Source: a virus. From it: DNA of 64,000 bases. The notes below the pieces were generated by a model, which worked only from the letters and a program-made list of their open reading frames with translations, did no database searches and had not been told where the DNA came from. Positions 9,968-18,300 of this stretch are shown in pieces (positions within the stretch are counted from its first letter, which is position 1; each line of letters starts with the position of its first letter). A program made the translations under genes and the position numbers. Location: IMG/VR virus record IMGVR_UViG_3300037755_000512; one strand, given 5' to 3'.

Positions 9968-11772
9968 CAGAGCGTAAAGGAGACACTATTATAGGGGACT
10001 CGTGGGACGAGCTACAGGTCGATGTGCCAGCGTCTAAATACGCATCGGCAAACAACCTCAAGATACGTATGTGTCCTGAGTGCAAAGCTCAAAACAAGAA
10101 GAGGCCCAACGACTACTCGCTCTCCATAATCCCAATCGAAGGAAAGGGAAAATGCCACAAGTGTGGAACTAGTTTTATAGTACGAAAGAAACCAGAAGTG
10201 ACACCTCAATACGCGCCTCCATCCCGAAAAAATCTCACAAAGTTATCGGTTAAAGGATTGGGGCTATTCACTGATCGACATATCTCACAAGAAGCTGTTG
10301 TTCGCCATAAGATCGTGGAGCGGAAGGGGTCTATTGCATTCCCATACATGCTCAATGGTGAATGTGTAAACATTAAGTTCAGAAACATTGAGGATAAGGG
10401 ATTCTCACAGTCGCCCAACGGGTTGCACGTCATGTACAATCACGACAACTGCAAGGAGTGTATGGACTCATCTGGGGATTTTAGTATTGTTGTGGTAGAG
10501 GGCGAATTCGATTCTTTAGCCTATGAAACAGCTGGGGTTCATTGCTCTGTATCGGTTGATTCTGGGGCGCCAAACCCAAACGACAAGATCGAAAAGAAGT
10601 TGGAGTGCATCACTAATTCATTCGAGTTGTTCGAACAGGCTGAACTTATTTACATAGCCGTTGATAATGATGAGAATGGAAAGAGACTGGAGCAGGAATT
10701 AATCAGAAGATTAGCCTTCGACAAAATTCGGCTGGTAAACTTTGGCAAACACAAGGATGCTAATGAGTTTCTGAGGTGGGAAGGCCGTGAAGCTTTAGCT
10801 GCCACACTAAAGAAAGCCAAGCAACTCAAGATGGAGGGTATATTTACCGTGGAAGATATTGAGGACAAGTTGTTTGATATGTACAATAACGGTCTGCCTA
10901 AGGGCCAAACAACACACTTTCCATCAATTGATAAGCATTGGAAAATAAGAGAGGGAGAGGTTACTATTTTTACTGGATACAACAATGAGGGCAAGTCAAA
11001 CATTCTTCATAACATACTGATAATCAAGGCGATGGCAGACGAGTGGCCATCTGGTCTCTACACGCCTGAGAATTACCCTCTGGAGGAATGGTTTGAAGAC
11101 GCTATACATACCTATATAGGAAAGTCAGCTGACATTGATTTTGGTGGAAGGATGAGCGGTGAAGAATTTAAGGAGGGGATTGATTTTCTGCGATCAAAAT
11201 TCTTTCTGGTTCAGCCGGAGCATAGTAGCTCCGTTGACGCTCTTTTTGAGAGATTTGATTACTTGGTGAGAAAGCACGGCATAAGGGTTATTGTGATTGA
11301 CCCGTACAATCAAGTTGAACATCTGTTTCAGGGTGGCGAGACAATTGACTTATACGTGTCTCGTTTCATGGGTCGGCTGAAAAAGTTTGCGGTATCAAGA
11401 AGAGTTGCGGTTATTCTTGTCGCCCACCAGAATCCGCCAAAAACCCGAGATGCTAACGGCAACTATCCTGAGCCTGATATATACACGATCAAAGGCGGTG
11501 GTACGTTTGCAGATAAAGCAGATAATGTTGTGTCTATATGGAGACCATTCCGTCGGTCAGATGAGTCCAACCCTCTTGTGAGATGGATATCTGGTAAGAT
11601 CAAGAAAAAGAAGTTGACAGGGATTGTGGGCGAGTGTGATCTGGCTTACGACTGGAAGTCCAACAGATACTTGGACGAATTACTTGGCGGTAAAAGCCCC
11701 CTTGATGTAAGGCTCGCCTTGGTTGAAGAGGTAAGAAAACAACAATACGAAACTAAATCACTATTTGAATGA
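9964..11772 (+). CDS. DNA primase/helicase (zinc-finger, TOPRIM and DnaB-like ATPase domains)
   Basis: CPECK...CHKCG zinc ribbon, TOPRIM acidic motif VVVEGEFDSLAYE, Walker A FTGYNNEGKSN, and helicase motifs in the C-terminal half. Confidence 0.7.
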   Translation: MTERKGDTIIGDSWDELQVDVPASKYASANNLKIRMCPECKAQNKKRPNDYSLSIIPIEGKGKCHKCGTSFIVRKKPEVTPQYAPPSRKNLTKLSVKGLGLFTDRHISQEAVVRHKIVERKGSIAFPYMLNGECVNIKFRNIEDKGFSQSPNGLHVMYNHDNCKECMDSSGDFSIVVVEGEFDSLAYETAGVHCSVSVDSGAPNPNDKIEKKLECITNSFELFEQAELIYIAVDNDENGKRLEQELIRRLAFDKIRLVNFGKHKDANEFLRWEGREALAATLKKAKQLKMEGIFTVEDIEDKLFDMYNNGLPKGQTTHFPSIDKHWKIREGEVTIFTGYNNEGKSNILHNILIIKAMADEWPSGLYTPENYPLEEWFEDAIHTYIGKSADIDFGGRMSGEEFKEGIDFLRSKFFLVQPEHSSSVDALFERFDYLVRKHGIRVIVIDPYNQVEHLFQGGETIDLYVSRFMGRLKKFAVSRRVAVILVAHQNPPKTRDANGNYPEPDIYTIKGGGTFADKADNVVSIWRPFRRSDESNPLVRWISGKIKKKKLTGIVGECDLAYDWKSNRYLDELLGGKSPLDVRLALVEEVRKQQYETKSLFE

Positions 11773-12317
11773 CCTTTCCGGAATTCCAAGGATTCCCAAA
11801 GATAGCAAGGCTATCAAGGGACATTATCATCACAGAAAAAATCGATGGCACTAACGCCCAAATCTATATAGATGACTGGGGTGAAATTTTTGCCGGTAGT
11901 CGCAACAGATGGGTTACACCGCAAGATGATAACTATGGGTTTGCCAGATGGGTTGAGGGCAATAAGACTGAATTATTGAAGCTTGGAGAGGGTCGTCACT
12001 TTGGAGAATGGTGGGGACAAGGGATACAAAGGGGGTATGGCTTAAAAGAGAAAAGGTTTTCGTTGTTTAATGTCGCCAGATGGATTCCTGAGGAAGTGGT
12101 GCCTGAGGGTGTATTTACAGTTCCAATGCTATACACCGGTGAGTTTGACACGTCGGCAATAAACAGAGCACTAATGGTCTTGAGATCTGAAGGCAGCATG
12201 GCAGCTGAAGGGTTTATGGATCCGGAAGGAATAGTTGTGTATCACACGGCTGGAAATGTAGGATTCAAAAAGACTATTGAGAACGATGACCAGCCCAAAT
12301 CTTTTATCCAAAGTTGA
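11769..12317 (+). CDS. minimal ligase-like nucleotidyltransferase (putative RNA/DNA ligase adenylyltransferase domain)
   Basis: Motif I EKIDGTN (KxDG), motif IV-like PEGIVVYH (EGxV), motif V-like VGFKKT (KxK) in the correct order within 182 aa. Confidence 0.4.
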   Translation: MTFPEFQGFPKIARLSRDIIITEKIDGTNAQIYIDDWGEIFAGSRNRWVTPQDDNYGFARWVEGNKTELLKLGEGRHFGEWWGQGIQRGYGLKEKRFSLFNVARWIPEEVVPEGVFTVPMLYTGEFDTSAINRALMVLRSEGSMAAEGFMDPEGIVVYHTAGNVGFKKTIENDDQPKSFIQS

Positions 12318-12700
12318 GACGTATTACGGCGGTCGGAAAGACCGAAACTATTGGCAACAAAACGAGATACTGGCGTTCCGGTTGGGAGAGGAAGTATGCG
12401 AAGTTTCTCCAGTGGTCTAAGGAGAGGGGAGATATAAAGGACTGGGATTTTGAGTGTGAGACATTTTGGTTCCTCAATATTAAGCGAGGAACCCGTTCGT
12501 ACCTGCCTGACTTTAGGGTGATCACTAAGAACGGAGAGGTGGAGTTCCATGAAGTTAAGGGTTACATGGATGCGAAATCAAAAACCAAGCTTAAAAGGAT
12601 GGCCAAATACTATCCTGAAGTCAAATTAAAGGTGATTGACAAAAAGTGGTTCACCGCAAACAAAAACTTAGCACTAATCATTAAAGGATGGGTTACGTAG
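12314..12700 (+). CDS. DUF1064-like PD-(D/E)XK nuclease-fold protein
   Basis: Pattern ...YLPDFRV...EVEFHEVKGYMDAKSK... typical of small phage restriction-endonuclease-fold proteins. Confidence 0.35.
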   Translation: MRRITAVGKTETIGNKTRYWRSGWERKYAKFLQWSKERGDIKDWDFECETFWFLNIKRGTRSYLPDFRVITKNGEVEFHEVKGYMDAKSKTKLKRMAKYYPEVKLKVIDKKWFTANKNLALIIKGWVT

Positions 12701-13065
12701 ATCCAAAGAAACAAAGAGAGTACACAAAAAGATGGCGAGACAAAAACAAAAGTTACTGGAGGGAGTATTACAAGAAGAATAAGGAAAAAATCGGAAGCAC
12801 CAAAAGGCGACGACTTTACGGGATAACAGACGATGTTTTCCTTACGATGATCGAGGCTCAGCATGGCGTGTGTCTTATATGTGAGAGTCCTATAAATGCC
12901 AAGACTGCGCATGTGGATCATTGCCACTCAAAAGGGCATGTGAGAGGCTTGTTATGTAAGCGCTGCAATTTCCTTCTTGGGCAAGCTAAAGAAAACATTG
13001 AAACGTTAATTAAGGCATCAGAATACTTACGGCACCACGGAACAGATCAGTACAAATACAAATGA
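12688..13065 (+). CDS. endonuclease VII-type (HNH-like) Holliday junction resolvase
   Basis: HGVCLICESPI...HVDHCHSKGHVRGLLCKRCNFLLG matches the recombination endonuclease VII zinc-binding/HNH core. Confidence 0.7.
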   Translation: MGYVDPKKQREYTKRWRDKNKSYWREYYKKNKEKIGSTKRRRLYGITDDVFLTMIEAQHGVCLICESPINAKTAHVDHCHSKGHVRGLLCKRCNFLLGQAKENIETLIKASEYLRHHGTDQYKYK

Positions 13066-13547
13066 GAGGATCACCAAAAGAAATCAGAACCCTTCAGGGG
13101 GCCCATGAAAGGGGGCGAAGAGCAGAAAATGAGTTTAGGGCAACCCTCTCGGATAATGCCAGAGAGTCCACACAGCTGGAAGACATGTTTGAGCATTGGG
13201 ATTTAATGGATGACGGGGTTACCTATGATATCAAGAACATCAAAACTGTTGATGCCCACGGAAAATCTGTACATCACTGGATAGAATTTAGAAATGTAAA
13301 GGGCAAGAGTGGATCTATCGAGGGTAAGGCTGATATGATGGTGTTTGAAGATCGTGACGATTGGATAATCATCGACAGAATAAAACTCAAGAAGTTCTGC
13401 GAAGATAAAGCTGTTGGTATACTGGGTGAAGGTAAGAAGCCCTACTACTGGTATTCGAGAGGGTTGGATAAAACCATGCTTGTACCCACGTCCGACTTAA
13501 GGGTGATTGCAAATGAGTTAAGATCTAAAGTGAAACTAAAAGATTAA
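13062..13547 (+). CDS. hypothetical protein
   Basis: 161-aa ORF, last gene of the plus-strand module. Confidence 0.45.
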   Translation: MRGSPKEIRTLQGAHERGRRAENEFRATLSDNARESTQLEDMFEHWDLMDDGVTYDIKNIKTVDAHGKSVHHWIEFRNVKGKSGSIEGKADMMVFEDRDDWIIIDRIKLKKFCEDKAVGILGEGKKPYYWYSRGLDKTMLVPTSDLRVIANELRSKVKLKD

Positions 13548-13729
13548 AAGCGGGGTATACAAAGAAGCAACTGTAACCGTAAACTTTAACACAATATGAA
13601 ACCAACAGAATTTAAAGAACAGAACAACCGGAATACTTACCACTCCCTGCCTATAGAAGTAACACACAGAAAGGTGAAATGTTTGTACTACCTACTGCGC
13701 GATGGTGGCAATTTTTTTAATGGCCCTAC

Positions 13730-14368
13730 CTAGAAAATCCTGTAGTAGATTCCCCCAGCGACAATCGGTGACAGACCTTTGTTGGTGACTCCATACCCAA
13801 CCATAACACCAATACCCCAGCGTCTTTCTTCAGGAATAATGTCTATGCTCCGAATTCCGGTTAAGGTCACCTTTGGATTATAACTTATGGCCTCGGTGGT
13901 GTACTTGGTTTTTAAATTTAAAAACCCGGAGCGCTTTCCTGAACTAACCAGAGCCAAACTATCTCTTATTGAAATGGACAACGTGGCGTTCTGGTTAAGC
14001 TTAAACTCGTTCCATTGATCTCTATATAGAAAGCTGAGAGGGTTGCTGACAGGAAATGGTATTGTGTCTCGCACAACCGTAGTGACTGTTACGATGCTTT
14101 TAATTGTCTTTGGTTTGACTTTAGCGAAGTCCTTCTTAATAGAATCAAGAAGGGCTGGCATTACCTCCCTGAGCTCCTTATTGGTCAGCTGGAGCCTCTC
14201 TATTTCGGCATGAGACCGGCCTTCCTTATCCTTCCAGATGTCGGCTTTTAACTCTGTGATCCGAAGGTTTTCCCTCAGTCTGTTCTGGGCCTTGTTGACT
14301 TTTAGAATATGTCCTGCGAGCAGAAGTACGAGGACTATTAGCCCAGCTATTATTAGTTTTGTTTTCAT
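13730..14368 (-). CDS. membrane-anchored coiled-coil protein (spanin-like, lysis cassette)
   Basis: N-terminal signal-anchor MKTKLIIAGLIVLVLLLAG, coiled-coil segment, beta-rich C-terminus; overlaps the upstream membrane-protein gene as spanin pairs do. Confidence 0.35.
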   Translation of the reverse strand: MKTKLIIAGLIVLVLLLAGHILKVNKAQNRLRENLRITELKADIWKDKEGRSHAEIERLQLTNKELREVMPALLDSIKKDFAKVKPKTIKSIVTVTTVVRDTIPFPVSNPLSFLYRDQWNEFKLNQNATLSISIRDSLALVSSGKRSGFLNLKTKYTTEAISYNPKVTLTGIRSIDIIPEERRWGIGVMVGYGVTNKGLSPIVAGGIYYRIF

Positions 14369-14663
14369 TTCCTTTTAAATGGAGGAACATCTCTACGATT
14401 TTTCTTAATCCGAAGCCGTACATCACAATAACAGCCACAACACCGAACTTAAAGTCATTGAACACCTGATTCTCGGTAGTTCTTTGAGACTCTTCTACAA
14501 GCATCCAGATCAGCACAGGAGTGAAAATCATCCCAGCTATCTCGTAATTGTCTATGCGGCCAAACGCCTCACGCAGCAGAGCGAAGATCTTCTTGGTTTG
14601 AGTAAGTAGCCAGATTACTCCGGTTGCCTTTAACGCCAGCAAGAACCAGTCGTCCCAAGTCAT
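14226..14663 (-). CDS. multi-TM membrane protein (holin/lysis-associated)
   Basis: Hydrophobic helices; lies within the lysis cluster. Confidence 0.35.
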   Translation of the reverse strand: MTWDDWFLLALKATGVIWLLTQTKKIFALLREAFGRIDNYEIAGMIFTPVLIWMLVEESQRTTENQVFNDFKFGVVAVIVMYGFGLRKIVEMFLHLKGNENKTNNSWANSPRTSARRTYSKSQQGPEQTEGKPSDHRVKSRHLEG

Positions 14664-14860
14664 TTTTTCAGTTTCTTTTTAGCCCATCGAAGGGCTTCTG
14701 TGACAAGCCAACCACCAGCCGCACCTATGGAGGCTAATATTATTGTATCAAAAGCCAGTTGCCACGTGATTTGTCCTGTAAATAAATTGAGTCCCTCGAC
14801 TCCCTTAATAATACCTGCCAAAAAACCAATTCCGGTGCCTGCTGCGTGTTGTGAATCCAT
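14660..14860 (-). CDS. small TM protein (holin-like)
   Basis: 66 aa, hydrophobic core, basic C-terminal KKKLKK. Confidence 0.35.
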   Translation of the reverse strand: MDSQHAAGTGIGFLAGIIKGVEGLNLFTGQITWQLAFDTIILASIGAAGGWLVTEALRWAKKKLKK

Positions 14861-15267
14861 TACCTTTTTTCTGAGATTGTGAGTAAAAATTCTTCAGGAA
14901 GATTCTCTGTCATCCACGTCAGCTTCACAGAGCTTTGGGCCATGTCTGGAACCCCATCCCCATTGAAGTCATGGAACCTTGATCCAACACCGATACACCC
15001 GCGCAGATCTTCCACGTAGGTGATTCTGTGTAGCAAAATTCCGCTTCTGTTAGGCACATCTAGCACCCTGAAATAAGGATAAGGTCTGGATTCTTTTGGT
15101 GGTTGCAGGATTACCTTGTAGGTTCCCTCGGGTATGCATGATACGTTGCGGTTATTGTTACGCCACGGCAACTCCATAGTCTTGCAGATTAACTCACCAT
15201 CTATGTCATAGATGCTTCCAAGTGTCTCGGTTTCAAGGTAAACTCGCTTAAGAGATAGCTCTTCCAT
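14860..15267 (-). CDS. putative cell-wall hydrolase with L,D-transpeptidase-like H...GC catalytic motif
   Basis: ILLHRITYVEDLRGCIGVGS resembles the YkuD-fold His ... Gly-Cys active-site spacing; adjacent to holin-like genes. Confidence 0.3.
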   Translation of the reverse strand: MEELSLKRVYLETETLGSIYDIDGELICKTMELPWRNNNRNVSCIPEGTYKVILQPPKESRPYPYFRVLDVPNRSGILLHRITYVEDLRGCIGVGSRFHDFNGDGVPDMAQSSVKLTWMTENLPEEFLLTISEKR

Positions 15268-15313
15268 AAGGCGTAAAGGTACGATAAATCAACGCAACAT
15301 GCGTAAATTATAC

Positions 15314-18300
15314 CTATTCCTCCTTGATCTCTTTTACAATCCTCTCGGCCTCCGTGCTGGAGTATGCCTCTTTCTCGAAGTACTTGTAGGTTTTATTGAA
15401 GGGATTCAGTGATGCCTCGTTTTCAGATATGGATTTTAGCACCCGAGCTTTTACATATTCACGCGCCGCTCGGTTATAGACCTGATTAATACTGCTTAAC
15501 ACCAATATCTTTTCTTCGTCAGAATACTCCGTCCATTCATCACCCTCTACGAATGTGGCGATGAATGCTCTCTTGGTTTGTCCGGCGATTTGCTGCGCAG
15601 CCACATAATCCTTCTCATCTAGTTTGACGTTGACTTTTTTAATCCTTACATCTTCTTCGTCATACTCACCGTCTATCGGCAGTACCCTTCCATCTTTGTC
15701 CTCTATGTAGGGTATTTCAATGTTTGGATCTGGATGCGTTATAGGAAAGCCCTCATCGTTCTTTTTTACCAGATTATACAGGTCGATTGTAAGTGGGTCT
15801 GTTAGTTTCTCAGATCTGAACACATTGAAGAATTGGTTCATGATTGGGTTGCCTTCACTTCTGTTCTGCTTAACCTTCTCACCCCACATGCTCAGGATTG
15901 GATAAACACCTGTTCTTGAATCTTCGAGTGAGGGAAAGAATGGATCTTTTAATGACTGTTTCTCAAGCCACGCCTCAATAATGTCGTTATCTTTGCCTGT
16001 AAGAATATATTCACGCCTTCCTCTTGCAACAGCCGCAGCAACGTTAGGTATAGCTACAGATGACATTGTGTCCATAATGCTGGTGACAAGGTGCTGGAAT
16101 CCGTCAGCCTCAGCGGCCTTGATCATGTTGGCTGTGCCCTGCATGAAAGGAATCTCAAGTGAAGTTCTGAATACAGCCGAAAGCAAGGACAATTGTCTGT
16201 CGAAACTAAAATCACTCAGAGACTCAAACTCAATGCCCTCTTTTTTCTTCATTCTCTCAGCCGCATTTGCTCTGGCGAGAATCGCAACTCCTATAGGACC
16301 AAGTTTTTCCATGCCCCATATAGTATCACCCTTCTGCTGCCCCCTTTCTTTAGCTAGATTAGTACCGTTAAGTACATCATAGAAAGCCAGCATGGCAAGC
16401 GTGACATTTACTTTGTTTCCACCACCGAATAACTGGTATTTTATACCCCTCTCTTTATCATCATCATCACCAAGGGTAGCGACAACAGCTCCGGACGAAA
16501 TCATGATGTCGGCTATTTTTGCGACGCCAAACGCGACAGCTGCACGAGTCATATATTTAGTTGCCTCCTGTATGTGTTTAGCCCTTTCTTCACCCTTTGT
16601 TTTAATGGCTCTGCCAGAGTGGTATAAACTGGCAGAAAAAGGAATAGCAGGCATGGTCATCTCGATGGTCATTTGTATCAGATTAGCAGGTACCTGCACG
16701 AACGGCGCCATAGCGCTGAAAGCAAGTTTACCCACCGTCCCAACAACCGGTAGTTTTTGTATAGTCTCGTCACCTATACCCTTAGCGGCTTTAATGAATT
16801 TCTTTGTGCCCTCAGACAAAGTTCTTTTGTCAGTCCAAGTAGCTTCTCTTTCAGCCACCTCCAACTGATCTAGCATCTCGCCGGTCATGTTGGCCAAGAA
16901 TTTATGGAAGTCAAGACTGAATACATTTCCCCTTCCTCCCTTTTGGGCATATATCCTGAATGCCTGAGCGCGGCGTGCGGCTATGCGGAAAGGAGCGTCG
17001 GTTGCATATAGTGCTCTGAACCAAAACGTAGCAGGCACACCTATAGTGCCCTCTGCTAATTTACTCAGGTACGTGAGTAATTTTACGTTACCCCTAGCAT
17101 TAACCGGCAGAGTAGATCTTCCTTTCTTAGTCAGTAACTGCCACCATGCTACCAGCGGACGCAAAGTACCCGCTCGTTCAACTTTTTCGGACTCCACCAT
17201 TGAAGTCTCGCCGGCCCATGTGTTCTTAAGGATGGTGGGTGTGTGTACGATGGCCTCAACAATAGCTCCAGCTGCGGCTTGCAGAGATACCGATACAGGA
17301 ATTTTCTTCGCTTCTTTTGTTGAGGCGAAAGAGACAACGTCTTTCGCGGCTAACTCAGCCTGACGAGCGGGGACAAATACAATGTTACCAACAACGTTAG
17401 TAACTATCGATACAGGGGCCATAAGGTTGCCCTTAAGTATCGTGCCAAGCAAATCGCTTTGCGGTAACAGTAACCCAACAAAGTTGTGTATCTTATCGAA
17501 TGCCTCTGACTTTTTCTTTTCAATTTCTTCGATTTTGTCTTCACCTTGCTTGCTTGGGTTTTTAATAAAGTCGTCAATTGCCTTTTGATGTTCTCCCTTG
17601 GCTTTCAGAAACTCATCGGACAGTTTGGTTAACTCAGTTTCCTGTTCATCTGTCAGGAACTGATTTGAATTACCCAAGTACTCCTTCACGTAATCAATAA
17701 TTCCCTCAGGGGTTTCTGTACTAAACTCTGCGATCTGCCTCAACACCTGACCGGCGAACGTGCCTAGTTTTTTGATCTGATCGAACAGTGGTTTAGTATC
17801 CTGACCCATAGCTCGGGCAAGGTTCATTGCATTGATGAATGTCAGAACGCCGATATTATTGTTAAGATCAATCTTGCCAAGCATATCCGTATAGTCATCC
17901 ATGATGCGCTGCCTTTCGGCTCTCGTCATTCTACTGATGTCACCGGTGGCCTCGGCGATATTAATCACCTTATGCTTGTAGTCGTCAGGATTTTCAAGGA
18001 CATTCTTGCGAAGGTCACTCCATACCGTACTAACATCATTGCCAACACGCCATGCCGTTCTGTTGATCAGTCGGTCGTTTTCGTCTTTGGTGTACTTGAG
18101 CTTTTGGGTTTTGCCTTTCTTGGATGTGGATACATCTTCGCTGTCGATGACAGCTGCCTGATCCGAATCAGGTCTTCTAGGCGCTTTTTTGGCTGCCTGC
18201 ACGGATTCTTTGGCTGTAGCTGATTTACCAACCTTAATCGCTCGGCCCTCATTGAACGCTTGAGATATTGTTCTGGCAACATCTTTTAATGTAGCCGCAT

